The translations under genes and the position numbers were made by a program. Source: Sphingobacteriales bacterium (GTDB taxonomy: Bacteria; Bacteroidota; Bacteroidia; NS11-12g; UBA9320). Taken from it: a DNA stretch of 64,000 bases. Position 1 is the stretch's first letter; each line of letters begins with the position of its first letter. Positions 52,797-63,555 of this stretch are shown one piece after another. The notes under the pieces are model-generated. The model searched no databases. It saw nothing but the letters and a program-made list of their open reading frames with translations, and was not told where the DNA came from. Location: contig CP121331.1 in assembly GCA_043511425.1 (NCBI GenBank), positions 1,371,233 to 1,435,232 of the forward strand. Direction: 5' to 3'.

Positions 52797-53237
52797 ATGA
52801 AAGTAATATTAAAAGATTTCGTGAAAGGGTTTGGTGAAAAGAATGACATCGTAGTTGTAAAAAACGGATACGGAAGAAACTACCTTATACCTCAAGGACT
52901 AGCTACTATAGCTACTCCATCTGCTATCAAAATGGCGGAAGAGAATGTAAGACAAGCTGCTCACAAACAAGAAAAATTAAAAGCTGATGCTCAAGCAATA
53001 GCTGATAAATTAGAAGGAATCAAAATCACTGTACCTACGAAAGCAGGTTCTAACGGTAAGATTTTTGGTTCTGTGACTACTATCCAACTAGCAAAGAGCT
53101 TAGCAGATAGAGGATTTGATATAGACAAGCGTAAAATTTCTGCTCCTGATATGAAAAATCTAGGAGATTACAAAGCAAGTGTCGGCCTACACAAGGAGAT
53201 AACTGTAGAAATAGACGTAGAAGTTACTCAAGAGTAA
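52797..53237 (+). CDS. rplI: 50S ribosomal protein L9
   Basis: MKVILKDFVKGFGEKNDIVVVKNGYGRNYLIP. Confidence 0.85.
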   Translation: MKVILKDFVKGFGEKNDIVVVKNGYGRNYLIPQGLATIATPSAIKMAEENVRQAAHKQEKLKADAQAIADKLEGIKITVPTKAGSNGKIFGSVTTIQLAKSLADRGFDIDKRKISAPDMKNLGDYKASVGLHKEITVEIDVEVTQE

Positions 53238-53261
53238 ATTACTTTTCTTTCAAATATAAAA

Positions 53262-53296
53262 TGTGAATCCCGGCCTAGGTCGGGATTTTTTTTGTC
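53262..53296 (+). terminator. Rho-independent terminator after rplI
   Basis: AATCCCGGCC-TAG-GTCGGGATT hairpin + T8. Confidence 0.75.
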
Positions 53297-53652
53297 TTAG
53301 TTTTGAGAATATAGAATCAACCGCAACACGAAATTCAGTAACTATAAGACTAATTTTCATTGCATACCAAGGAGCTAGTTATCAAAAGAAACAACCACCG
53401 CATATTACATCCTCCAAAGATTTAACTAGAGCTAACGTGTTATTTAGTCAAGTAGTCCCAAAAGCTAAACTACTTTGCTATTTTTAGTTTTGCATAAAGT
53501 AGAGCCTCCCCAAGTAAAATAAGGTATCTATCTAGACTATTAATCCATAAACAAGCATACATCTCCACCACATCAAATTGCCTGGATTTTAGAAGAGTTT
53601 CAGAAAGATTAGGAGTTTAGAAAAGATAAGACTCTTACCAGAGTACTATAAT

Positions 53653-54887
53653 TTATCCTTCGTGTCTCAACGCCTCAATAGGATTAATGCGGGCTGCTTT
53701 TCGAGCTGGCCATATTCCAGCACCCAAGCCTACAAGTGTACATACCAGCAGCGCTAAACCTATCCAGTCCCAAGGCACTATGAAGCTACCTCCTATGAAT
53801 TTACTAATAGCATTACCCACCATCAGACCAAAAATAACTCCAAGTACACCCCCTATCTGACAAATGGTGATAGCTTCTATAATAAACTGATTGAGCACAG
53901 TACTCCCCTTAGCTCCTATGGCTTTGCGTTGTACCAATCTCTTTAGTGCGTTCTGTAACAGAAACTAGCATAATATTCATAAGTGCTATAGCAGCTCCCA
54001 ATAAAGTAATAGCCGCTATAAAAATAGCCCCTAAGATAATGATGTTTAAGTTTTCTAATAGCGCCTTGGATATACTGTCACTCTTTATAATACTAAAATT
54101 CGTCTTTTCTTTTATCTTGAGCTTTCGTACTTGTCTAAATAGGTTCTCACTGTAGCTGGATACTGACTCCATAGCCTCTACGTCTTCTACAGCCACTCCT
54201 ATGTTATAAACTCACATTATCACTTGGAAACTTAGCTCTAGCCAAAGATACGGGCACTACGACCACTCTATCCCCACCGAAATCGAACGCTCCACCTTTC
54301 TTGCCCAGTAAGCCTACTACCAGCAGCTTAACCCCACCTACGCGTATATACTCATTAAGACAATCTTCAGTACCAAAGAGCTTTTCTTTTATCTCTTGTC
54401 CTATGACCGCTACAGCTATATTACGGTCAACGTCTGTAGCGTTTAAATCACGCCCTTCTGCTAATTCATAGCCTGCTACTTGTGTATATCCTTCATCACC
54501 GCCAATTATATTGGAGTTAGGATTGGTTTTTTTACTCCCTTTCTTAGCTATTGCATTCCAAGAGTTATTGCTATTTACAGATACCGTTGCATCAAATTCA
54601 AATCGGTCTTTAAACTCCTTCGCCTGTTGGTACGATATGTTTTCGTAATTAACGCGCTTCTTTTTCCTATTGATATTAAACCCTGCGGACCGATTTTGGA
54701 TATTGAATGAATTCGCCCCCATAAAGCTAAAATTCTTAACCAAGCTGCTCTCAATACCATCAATAGCAGTAAGTATACCTACCAGCGAAGTAATACCTAT
54801 AGCTATTATCATGCACGTAATGATAGTGCGTGTCACATTGCTGCGTATCGAAGTAAAGGCCTCTTTTATGTTTTGAAACAAGGTCAT
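53653..54887 (-). pseudogene. MacB/FtsX-like ABC permease broken into three ORFs by two 1-bp indels (about 54195-54210 and about 53925-53945)
   Basis: 54204-54887 N-terminal TM + periplasmic domain; 53909-54196 and 53653-53937 carry the remaining TM helices; alternative frames read ...SDNVSL(Y)NIGVAVEDVEAM and ...ERTKEIG(I)RKAIGAKGSTVLNQF. Confidence 0.7.
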
Positions 54888-55004
54888 ATCCTATTCAAAG
54901 AAACAACAATAACCGCCGTATGTACCATACATCTACTAATCGGCTTATATTTTCGATTTTTTTGAAGGGAAAAATATGTATAGCCTTATTTTCGTTTCTT
55001 AATT

Positions 55005-55550
55005 ATGATCCTAGCAGAAATCACCTTCATTGACGTACTTATACATCTCATTTATTTTATCATTCCTGCGCTATTGGTCTTTGGTATCACCTATTTCCTG
55101 ATGCAGAAGATGATGACAGAGCAGCAAAAGCTGAGAATATTAGAACTAAAGAAGCAACAGAATGAACAAATCACACCCATAAGGCTTCAGGCCTATGAAC
55201 GATTGACACTTTTTCTAGACCGTACCAGTCTAGATAATCTAGTTCTCAAACTTTCTAAAAGAGGCCAATCTGCTAACCAACTCAGGCACGAACTAATGCA
55301 GACTGTGCAAAGCGAATACAATCACAATATCAGCCAGCAAATATATGTGAGTAATGAGGCGTGGGAAATGATAACCGCAGTAAAAGAGCAAGTCCTCAAC
55401 ACTGTAGAAAACTGCTATGCTGAATGTGATGATACGGAATCTGGACCCGGTCTAGGTAAAAAAATACTAACAAAGTTGATGGATGGGAAAACCATATCCA
55501 CCCAGCGAGCGATACAACTTCTAAAAAAAGAAATAGAAATTGCACTTTAA
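55005..55550 (+). CDS. Hypothetical protein with N-terminal TM helix
   Basis: ORF only. Confidence 0.35.
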   Translation: MILAEITFIDVLIHLIYFIIPALLVFGITYFLMQKMMTEQQKLRILELKKQQNEQITPIRLQAYERLTLFLDRTSLDNLVLKLSKRGQSANQLRHELMQTVQSEYNHNISQQIYVSNEAWEMITAVKEQVLNTVENCYAECDDTESGPGLGKKILTKLMDGKTISTQRAIQLLKKEIEIAL

Positions 55551-56223
55551 ATCACTGCTACTTCTTGTCCTAATCGCCGGATGTCGTATAGCTCCTGAAA
55601 GCTATATACAGCCCACACAGAATACCCCTATAGCTGAAGAAATGGCTGCTGATGCAAAAGTAACGGATTTGATACGTCCATACAAAACGGGTATGAGCAA
55701 ATCTATGAACGAAGTGATTGGGTTTTGCCCAGCATTTCTAGAAAAGAAAAAACCAAAAAGCATCCTCGGTGATTTTATGGCAGAAGCTACGTTTCAGGCT
55801 GCCGCAGCGACTGGTGAGCGGGTAGATTTTTGCTTGTTAAACTATGGTGGTATACGCAGCACATTGGACTCAGGAGAGATCACTATTGGTGAAGTGTACC
55901 AGCTTATGCCTTTTGAAAATGAGATTAGTATTTTGACTTTATCCAAGGCTCAGATGGACACACTTTTTCATCTGATAACACAAAAAGGAGGAGAACCATT
56001 TGCGGACCACTTGTGGAAAGACCAAACTGCCTACCACAAAATGAATAGAACATGGTACAGAATAGCCACAAATGACTATATGGCAAACGGTGGAGACAAT
56101 TACTCCTTGCTGACTCGGGCTTCCGAACGAATAGATACCGGAATCAAAATAAGAGACGGACTTATTACATATATAAAAGCCAACAATCCACTTCCATTAA
56201 TCTACTTACCTTCTAAACATTGA
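55540..56223 (+). CDS. 5'-nucleotidase C-terminal (substrate-binding) domain lipoprotein
   Basis: Lipobox LLVLIAGC; 5_nucleotid_C-like sequence. Confidence 0.65.
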   Translation: MHFKSLLLLVLIAGCRIAPESYIQPTQNTPIAEEMAADAKVTDLIRPYKTGMSKSMNEVIGFCPAFLEKKKPKSILGDFMAEATFQAAAATGERVDFCLLNYGGIRSTLDSGEITIGEVYQLMPFENEISILTLSKAQMDTLFHLITQKGGEPFADHLWKDQTAYHKMNRTWYRIATNDYMANGGDNYSLLTRASERIDTGIKIRDGLITYIKANNPLPLIYLPSKH

Positions 56224-57122
56224 GACGCAAAGATTTTATAAAGAACGCGGGTTTAATGGCTGCCGGTGCAGCATTTTCACCACTTAGAGCCTTTGGAAAA
56301 GATAGGGACAGGTTAGTAATACTGCATACCAATGACTGGCACAGTCATATAGAACCTTTTGCTGCAGACCATAAGCGCTATCCAGGACTTGGAGGAGCAG
56401 CAAAGAGAGCAGCCCTAATTAAAGACATACGTGCTCGATACAACCATGTATTGCTATTGGATAGTGGAGACATATTCCAAGGAACTCCATACTTTAACTT
56501 CTATGGTGGTGAATTAGAGTTTAAGCTAATGAGCGAAATGGGTTACGACTACGCTACGCTAGGCAATCATGATTTTGATGGTGGTATAGACGGACTTATC
56601 AAACAGCTGCCTCATGCCTCGTTTAAATTCCTATGTGCTAACTATGATTTTAAGAATACTCCACTACAAGAATGGGTAAAACCATACGCCATCAAAAAAA
56701 TGGGACCCTATAAAATAGGAATATTTGGCCTAGGAATAGAACTAGATGGACTGGTACCCGCTAAATTATTCGGAGATATTAAATACCTAGATCCAATTGA
56801 AAAAGGAAACGAAACAGCCCAACTACTGAAAGAGGAAGGATGCAACGTAATCATCTGCTTATCACATCTGGGATATGAGTATAAAGGTAACAAGGTGAGC
56901 GACAAAGTTTTAGCTAAATCGTCCAGTAATATAGACTTAATATTAGGGGGGCATACGCACACATTCATGAGTTCTCCACAGGGCATTTTGAATCAAAAAG
57001 GGAAAGAAATTTTTATCAATCAAACGGGCTGGGCAGGCATAAACTTGGGACGTATTGATTATGAGACTAATAGCTCAAAAACCGCTTGTATACTAGGGTA
57101 TGACTACTCAAAAATTTCATAA
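56220..57122 (+). CDS. Metallophosphoesterase (5'-nucleotidase N-terminal calcineurin-like domain) with Tat signal
   Basis: RRKDFIKNAGLMAAGAAF twin-arginine signal; ILHTNDWHSH, GNHDFD metallophosphatase motifs. Confidence 0.75.
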   Translation: MRRKDFIKNAGLMAAGAAFSPLRAFGKDRDRLVILHTNDWHSHIEPFAADHKRYPGLGGAAKRAALIKDIRARYNHVLLLDSGDIFQGTPYFNFYGGELEFKLMSEMGYDYATLGNHDFDGGIDGLIKQLPHASFKFLCANYDFKNTPLQEWVKPYAIKKMGPYKIGIFGLGIELDGLVPAKLFGDIKYLDPIEKGNETAQLLKEEGCNVIICLSHLGYEYKGNKVSDKVLAKSSSNIDLILGGHTHTFMSSPQGILNQKGKEIFINQTGWAGINLGRIDYETNSSKTACILGYDYSKIS

Positions 57123-57244
57123 AATCAACACCCTTTATGTTTTTTTTAGAAACTTTTTTTGCCCCAACTTGCAACCTTCTTAGCGGGGCTGGCCTTGCTG
57201 AGATGTATAACTTTAACCTAACGTCTTAATAACCAAAAACTAAT

Positions 57245-58681
57245 ATGAGCGAACAACATGAATCTGTGTGGAAAAAATGTCTTCAGACAATAAAAGACAA
57301 TGTAAATCCGCAGAGTTTTAAAACTTGGTTTACTCCAATAAAGCCACTAAAACTAGAAGATAAGGTACTTACTATTCAAGTCCCTAGTCAGTTTTTCTAT
57401 GAATGGCTTGAAGAGCATTATGTAGCTCTTCTAAAAAAGACACTTGAAAAAGAACTTGGTGCAGGATCCAAGTTAGAGTATAACGTAATAGTGGATAACA
57501 CTGGTGCAGGCAATAGCAGACCGTATACTGTAAATATGCCTACACGTAACGTGACTCACAATAATAAAAATGAAATGGGTATGCCGATCAACCTATCGAA
57601 CAATATACATAACCCATTTATTATACCAGGCCTAAAGAAACTTAATGTAGATTCTCAATTAAATTCAAATTACACCTTTGACAACTTTATAGAAGGAGAG
57701 TGCAATAGACTAGCTCGCTCAGCTGGATATGCTGTCGCTAATAAGCCAGGAGGTACTGCCTTTAATCCATTGATGATCTTTGGTGGAGTAGGTTTAGGGA
57801 AAACACACCTGGTACATGCAATAGGTAATCGTATCAAAGAGCTTTCCAGTACAAAATCAGTTCTTTTCGTTTCTTCTGAGCGGTTTATTAATCAATATGT
57901 AGATAGTGCTAAAAATGGAAACTACAATGATTTCCTGCATTTCTATCAGATGATAGACGTACTTATCGTAGATGACGTACAGTTCTTTGCCAAGAAAGAA
58001 AAAACTCAGGAAATCTTTTTCCAAATATTTAATTACCTACATCAAAACGGCAAGCAACTAATATTAACGTCTGACAGAGCTCCTAAGGACTTGAAAGATG
58101 TAGATGAGAGATTGTTATCTAGATTTAAATGGGGACTGTCTGCAGACTTGCAAAACCCAGACTTTGATACACGCGTATCTATTTTAGAGCAGAAGATGTA
58201 CCAAGACGGTATCAAGTTCGCTCCTGAAGTGATAGAGTACGTAGCCAACAAAGTAGACAGCAACATCCGTGAATTAGAAGGTGCACTTATCTCCCTTATC
58301 GCTCAAGCTTCTCTAAATAGAAAAGAGATAGACCTAGATATGACGAAGAAGATGATGAAGAACTTCGTTAAGAATTCTTCTCGTGAGATATCTATTGAGT
58401 TTATTCAGAAACTTGTATCAGACTACTTCGGTGTGAGTGTAGACCTAATGAAATCTAAGACTCGTAAGCGTGAGATAGTACAGGCTCGTCAGATCTCAAT
58501 GTTCTTTGCCAAGCAACTTACCCAAGCTAGTCTTAAAAACATAGGTATGTACTTTGGTGGTAGAGACCACTCCACGGTAATACACGCTTGCCAAACAGTA
58601 AACGACCTTATAGACACAGATAAAAAATTCAAATCTGATGTAGATGAACTAACTAAGCGCATCAAGATAAATACGTACTAA
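57245..58681 (+). CDS. dnaA: Chromosomal replication initiator protein DnaA
   Basis: AAA+ Walker A GGVGLGKTHL, C-terminal DnaA box-binding domain (RQISMFFAKQLT). Confidence 0.9.
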   Translation: MSEQHESVWKKCLQTIKDNVNPQSFKTWFTPIKPLKLEDKVLTIQVPSQFFYEWLEEHYVALLKKTLEKELGAGSKLEYNVIVDNTGAGNSRPYTVNMPTRNVTHNNKNEMGMPINLSNNIHNPFIIPGLKKLNVDSQLNSNYTFDNFIEGECNRLARSAGYAVANKPGGTAFNPLMIFGGVGLGKTHLVHAIGNRIKELSSTKSVLFVSSERFINQYVDSAKNGNYNDFLHFYQMIDVLIVDDVQFFAKKEKTQEIFFQIFNYLHQNGKQLILTSDRAPKDLKDVDERLLSRFKWGLSADLQNPDFDTRVSILEQKMYQDGIKFAPEVIEYVANKVDSNIRELEGALISLIAQASLNRKEIDLDMTKKMMKNFVKNSSREISIEFIQKLVSDYFGVSVDLMKSKTRKREIVQARQISMFFAKQLTQASLKNIGMYFGGRDHSTVIHACQTVNDLIDTDKKFKSDVDELTKRIKINTY

Positions 58682-58701
58682 GTAGTGCGATCTGCATATA
58701 A

Positions 58702-58741
58702 AAAAATCCCTTCAAATTTCTTTGAAGGGATTTTTTTTTGT
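58702..58741 (+). terminator. Rho-independent terminator after dnaA
   Basis: AAATCCCTTCAAA-TTTC-TTTGAAGGGATTT hairpin + T9. Confidence 0.8.
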
Positions 58742-58802
58742 GACTTTGTTGTCTAGTCCTGAAATAGTCGGCGACGCATCACACCCATTTATACTTGTCT
58801 AT

Positions 58803-59438
58803 TTATTCTACTTCTAGTGTTCCTATTTCATCTATTTCACTCTCTATACTTTCACCGGTATACTTTCTTCTAACCTCATCATAAAACTTGGCTAAACTCA
58901 CTTGAATGACTGGAGCCAAGAACAAAAATCCGATACCTAAAGTAAAGATACAAGCTATACCTAGAAGCAAAAATAGTAGTCCCATCAAGAAGTATTTAGT
59001 TTTATTCCCCTTCATCATTGCTTCACTTTTACGCAATGCATCCATTCCTTTGGTTTCCGGCTCATCGGCTAAAATAAAGATAGCTTGAGAATAAGCCAAT
59101 GCTTTAATTATACCCGGTACAATTAGCAAAAGGGTCCAAGCAAACACCAACAGAATCATGAGCAGGTACGTCACTAACGCATTAACAAAGTTTTTGAATC
59201 CGTCAAAAAGATGCTCCACTTCAAAACGATCTTTTCGAAGAATAAAGAGCGACCAGTAAGCATAGCCCAACGACAAAGGTCCAGATACTAGGACAACTCC
59301 TATAGATAACATACTAGCAATAGAAGTAATCACTGCATATACTAGGCTTCCCACTATAGCTAAACCCCAATTTTGCGATACTTTATTTTTGGCATACGAG
59401 ATAATGTCCTGATTGGACATTGTTATTGTGTTTTTCAT
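58803..59438 (-). CDS. DUF975 family integral membrane protein (start refined to MKNTITM)
   Basis: Multi-TM pattern typical of DUF975. Confidence 0.45.
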   Translation of the reverse strand: MKNTITMSNQDIISYAKNKVSQNWGLAIVGSLVYAVITSIASMLSIGVVLVSGPLSLGYAYWSLFILRKDRFEVEHLFDGFKNFVNALVTYLLMILLVFAWTLLLIVPGIIKALAYSQAIFILADEPETKGMDALRKSEAMMKGNKTKYFLMGLLFLLLGIACIFTLGIGFLFLAPVIQVSLAKFYDEVRRKYTGESIESEIDEIGTLEVE

Positions 59439-59545
59439 CATTACAAATGAACTGAAATATTCACAAAAAAAAATAACAACTGCAATTTCACAGGGGTTAA
59501 CATTATAGATTATCATGCTGTATCAATATCCTCAATTATAAAGCA

Positions 59546-59553
59546 TACCTTTG
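59546..59553 (+). promoter_or_regulatory. Bacteroidetes -7 promoter motif TACCTTTG upstream of typA
   Basis: TAnnTTTG 22 nt upstream of ATG 59575. Confidence 0.35.
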
Positions 59554-59574
59554 CACCCATTTTAGATACGCATT

Positions 59575-61383
59575 ATGCAGAATATTAGAAACGTTGCTAT
59601 CATAGCCCACGTTGACCACGGTAAGACTACCCTTGTAGATAAGATTCTTGAGGCTTGTAAATTCTTTAAAGACCACCAAAAACCTGGTGAGCTAGTAATG
59701 GATAATAATGACTTAGAAAAAGAACGTGGTATTACCATTCTTTCTAAGAACGTATCCGTACAATACAAAGACACTAAGATTAACATCATAGACACCCCAG
59801 GTCACTCCGACTTTGGTGGAGAGGTAGAGCGAGTGATGAATATGGCTGACGGTGTACTACTTCTTGTAGATGCTTTTGAAGGCCCTATGCCACAAACACG
59901 TTTCGTACTTGAGAAAGCGTTACAAGCTGGACTAAAGCCTGTAGTCGTAGTAAACAAAGTAGATAAAGAAAACTGTACTCCTGACGAGGTACATGAGAAA
60001 GTCTTTGACTTAATGTTTGCCTTAGATGCAAGCGAAGAGCAATTAGATTTTGCTACCGTATACGGTAGTGCAAAAAATGGCTGGATGAGTAATGACTGGA
60101 AACAGCCAACAGATAACATGTTTGCGGCGCTAGATGCTATTCTTGAACATGTGCCAGCTCCAGTACAAGAAGAAGGTGATACACAAATGATGATAACCTC
60201 ATTAGACTTTAGTAAATACACTGGACGTATTGCTATCGGTAAACTAAAACGAGGTGAGCTAGTATTGAATCAAACGGTATCATTAGTTAAAAGAGACGGT
60301 TCTGTATCTAAAACCAAGGTTAAAGAACTTTTCTTATACGATGGACTTGCTAAAGTAAAAGTGGATAAGGTAACTGCTGGTGACATCTGTGCAGTAACTG
60401 GATTAGAAGGTTTTGAGATAGGAGATACCATCTCTGACCCAGAAAGACCGGATGCGCTTCCGTCTATCAATATAGATGAACCTACTATCAGTATGCTCTT
60501 TACGATTAATGATTCTCCATTCTTTGGTAAAGAAGGTAAATTCGTAACCAGTAGACATATCAAGGACAGACTAGAGCAAGAACTAGAGCGAAACCTAGCA
60601 ATGAGACTAGAAGAAACTGGATCTGCAGATTCACACTTAGTGTTCGGTAGAGGTGTACTTCACTTAGCTGTACTTATAGAAACTATGCGTAGAGAAGGTT
60701 ACGAACTACAAATAGGTCAACCACGTGTAATCATTAAAGAAATAGATGGCGTAAAATGTGAGCCTATAGAAGAGCTTACAATAGACGTACCTGAGCATCA
60801 CAGTGGAAAGGTAATTGAGTTCGTATCTACTCGTAAGGGTAATATGCTAACTATGGAGCCTAAAGGAGATGTAATGCACTTAGAATTTGAGATCCCATCA
60901 CGTGGTATTATCGGACTAAGAAATACGCTTCTTACACAAACTCAAGGTGAGGCTATTATCTCTCACAGGTTCAAAGAATTCCAACCGCACAAAGGAGATA
61001 TCCCTCAGCGTATCAATGGATCTCTTATCAGTATGGAAAATGGAAACGCTATTCCATACTCGTTAAATAACTTACAAGATAGAGGTAAGTTCTTTGTATC
61101 TCCTAACCAGGAAATCTACGAAGGACAGGTTGTTGGTGAGCACTCACGTCCAGGTGATGTAGTAGTAAATCTAACAAAAGCTAAAAAACAAAGTAACGTG
61201 AGAAGTAGTGGAGCGGATGAAAAGATAAAACTTATCCCACCACAATTATTTACGCTAGAGGAAGCTTTAGAATATATTCAGGCAGATGAATATGTGGAGG
61301 TTACCCCAGAAAATATTCGTCTACGTAAAATATACTTGAAGGAAAACGAGCGTAAGCGTTCTAAGAACGCAGCTATCGCTTAA
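59575..61383 (+). CDS. typA: Translational GTPase TypA/BipA
   Basis: AHVDHGKTT, DTPGH, NKVD G-domain motifs; BipA C-terminal domain. Confidence 0.9.
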   Translation: MQNIRNVAIIAHVDHGKTTLVDKILEACKFFKDHQKPGELVMDNNDLEKERGITILSKNVSVQYKDTKINIIDTPGHSDFGGEVERVMNMADGVLLLVDAFEGPMPQTRFVLEKALQAGLKPVVVVNKVDKENCTPDEVHEKVFDLMFALDASEEQLDFATVYGSAKNGWMSNDWKQPTDNMFAALDAILEHVPAPVQEEGDTQMMITSLDFSKYTGRIAIGKLKRGELVLNQTVSLVKRDGSVSKTKVKELFLYDGLAKVKVDKVTAGDICAVTGLEGFEIGDTISDPERPDALPSINIDEPTISMLFTINDSPFFGKEGKFVTSRHIKDRLEQELERNLAMRLEETGSADSHLVFGRGVLHLAVLIETMRREGYELQIGQPRVIIKEIDGVKCEPIEELTIDVPEHHSGKVIEFVSTRKGNMLTMEPKGDVMHLEFEIPSRGIIGLRNTLLTQTQGEAIISHRFKEFQPHKGDIPQRINGSLISMENGNAIPYSLNNLQDRGKFFVSPNQEIYEGQVVGEHSRPGDVVVNLTKAKKQSNVRSSGADEKIKLIPPQLFTLEEALEYIQADEYVEVTPENIRLRKIYLKENERKRSKNAAIA

Positions 61384-61445
61384 TCGACACAAACTAATTA
61401 TTAATAGCCCAATTCTGTTATCAGGATTGGGCTTATTTTTGCGCT

Positions 61446-62303
61446 GTGACCAGAGTACTGTATTACTTAATACTGAAACCTATCTCCTACTTGCCTTACT
61501 GGGTATTGTACGGGATATCTAATACTATATGCTTTGTCTTCTACTACATCGTTCCATACCGAAAAAAAGTAGTGTTGACTAATCTCAGCAACTCCTTCCC
61601 AGAGAAAAGTCAGCTGGAGATAAAAGAATTGTGCCATAGCTTCTACAGGCATTTGTGTGATCTTATCGTGGAGAGTATTAAATTATTTAGTATTTCAAAA
61701 AATCAAATAGCTGAACGATTCATTGTCAATAATCCTGAAATTATGAAACTCTATTTTGACCAGGGTAAAGATATACTCATAGTAGGGGGACATTACAACA
61801 ATTGGGAAATGCTAGCCGCTGGTATCGATCAGCAAGTTCCCTATGACACGATAGGTCTCTATTCTAAGTTGACCAATGCTTTTTTTGATAAAAAGATGAA
61901 AGAATCTCGCAGTGCATTTGGCCTTAGAATGGTTACCACAAAAGACGCTTTTGCTTATTTCAAAGAAGAACATACTACACCGAGAATGACTATATTCGGA
62001 GCTGATCAAAGTCCTACCTATAGTAAATCTGTGCATTGGACCACATTCTTAAATCAAGATACGGCTGTAGCATTAGGCACGGAACGATTTGCAAAAAAAT
62101 ACAACCTTCCGGTAGTGTATGGAGCTATCAACAAGGTGAAGCGTGGACACTACACCTTGGATATAAGTATCCTTACTGACACCCCAAACGAAACAGCAGA
62201 TGGAGAAATCACGGAGCTGCACACAAAGAGGCTAGAGCAGCAAATACTTGCCCAACCAGAATACTGGCTCTGGACGCACAAAAGATGGAAAAGGAAAAGA
62301 TAG
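61446..62303 (+). CDS. Lysophospholipid/lipid A acyltransferase (LpxL/HtrB-like)
   Basis: N-terminal TM; HYNNWE (HX4[DE]-like) acyltransferase motif. Confidence 0.6.
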   Translation: MTRVLYYLILKPISYLPYWVLYGISNTICFVFYYIVPYRKKVVLTNLSNSFPEKSQLEIKELCHSFYRHLCDLIVESIKLFSISKNQIAERFIVNNPEIMKLYFDQGKDILIVGGHYNNWEMLAAGIDQQVPYDTIGLYSKLTNAFFDKKMKESRSAFGLRMVTTKDAFAYFKEEHTTPRMTIFGADQSPTYSKSVHWTTFLNQDTAVALGTERFAKKYNLPVVYGAINKVKRGHYTLDISILTDTPNETADGEITELHTKRLEQQILAQPEYWLWTHKRWKRKR

Positions 62304-62306
62304 AAA

Positions 62307-62825
62307 ATGGAGAATCTTCAACAAACCGCTCAAAAAGGCAAAAACATCTTCATAGCACCTACCGCTACAGTCATAGGCGATGTGACACTAGGCGATGAAG
62401 TCAGTATATGGTTTGGAGCAGTTTTGCGTGGCGATAGCGATACAATAAGCATAGGAGCTCGCACCAACATACAAGACAATGCCGTGATTCATTGCGATCC
62501 AAATGATCCTGCGATTATTGGAGAGGAGTGTATAATAGGCCATTGCGCAATAGTACACGGAGCCAAGCTAGCCAATAACGTACTTGTAGGTATGAACGCT
62601 ACCGTACTCAACAATGCCGAGATAGGCGAGTTTTCTATTATTGGTGCAAATGCCCTAGTCACAGCGGGCACTATCATTCCACCATATTCCCTCGTTCTGG
62701 GTTCTCCAGCCAAGGTCGTAAAGAAATTAAACGAAGAGCAAGTAGAAGGTATCCGAATATATGCGAAGGTGTACGTGGACAAGGCCAAAGAATATATCGC
62801 CTATTATCAATCCAAGGAGGCATAA
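62307..62825 (+). CDS. Gamma-class carbonic anhydrase family protein (hexapeptide LbH; PaaY/YrdA-like)
   Basis: Hexapeptide repeats with conserved His positions (AVIHCD, IGHCAIVHG). Confidence 0.75.
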   Translation: MENLQQTAQKGKNIFIAPTATVIGDVTLGDEVSIWFGAVLRGDSDTISIGARTNIQDNAVIHCDPNDPAIIGEECIIGHCAIVHGAKLANNVLVGMNATVLNNAEIGEFSIIGANALVTAGTIIPPYSLVLGSPAKVVKKLNEEQVEGIRIYAKVYVDKAKEYIAYYQSKEA

Positions 62826-62856
62826 AAAAAGCTCCTACCAAAGGCAGGAGCTTTAA
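62821..62856. terminator. Bidirectional terminator hairpin
   Basis: A7-GCTCCTACC-AAA-GGCAGGAGC-TTT. Confidence 0.6.
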
Positions 62857-62874
62857 GTTCTTTATCAGAAGCGC

Positions 62875-63336
62875 TTAAAAAGTCTTGGTGGTAAGTTCAC
62901 CAGATGCATTCCACATTTTCCAAGTACCCACGCGAGCACCTTTGTCATAGTACATCTCAAATCGCTTATTCCCTTCATCATCCCATACTACCCATTTACC
63001 GTGCTTCTGATCTGCTAAATATGAAGCTGTTCCACTTACATCACCCATAGCATTATACTGAGTCCAGTTTCCGCTTCGTTTACCATTCGCAAAACTTCCC
63101 TCTTCTTTTACACTTCCATTTGCGTGAAAATATAAAGCAGACCCAGAGAGTACTCCGTTTTCCACGTTAAGTTCCGCAACTTTCACTCCAGCATCATACT
63201 GAGAATACTGGCCATTAAATAGTGTACCATTCATATTATAGTAGACTCCGTTTTCTATTCTAAGGTCATTTGATTGTGCAATTGCAGATAGTGAAAACAG
63301 CACAAAAAACATTAGAGATGATATTATTTTTTTCAT
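62875..63336 (-). CDS. Secreted MORN-repeat (YwqK-like) protein
   Basis: Repeated NGxxxxYxxNGxL / GxWxxW blocks; signal peptide MKKIISSLMFFVLFSLSAIAQ. Confidence 0.5.
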   Translation of the reverse strand: MKKIISSLMFFVLFSLSAIAQSNDLRIENGVYYNMNGTLFNGQYSQYDAGVKVAELNVENGVLSGSALYFHANGSVKEEGSFANGKRSGNWTQYNAMGDVSGTASYLADQKHGKWVVWDDEGNKRFEMYYDKGARVGTWKMWNASGELTTKTF

Positions 63337-63555
63337 TTTGATACATACCAAAGATATAATAGAAAGGCTCAAAACACAAATAAAACACCTATGATGAAGT
63401 AGTAAAAAACATACATAAGTGCCTACTGAGACAATTTTCAAAATGTAATACTCTTATAATCATAACTTAACATATATAATTTTCATTAAGAAACTTTTAA
63501 GAATTGTTTTGAATTGGTAACATTAACGTAATATTGAGAGTGATAGTTTGCACCA

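Noticed and set aside
53237-53653. 400-bp ORF-free spacer after the rpsF-rpsR-rplI operon as ncRNA locus
   Set aside because: No recognisable structure or conserved motif beyond the rplI terminator. Cannot support an RNA gene from sequence alone.
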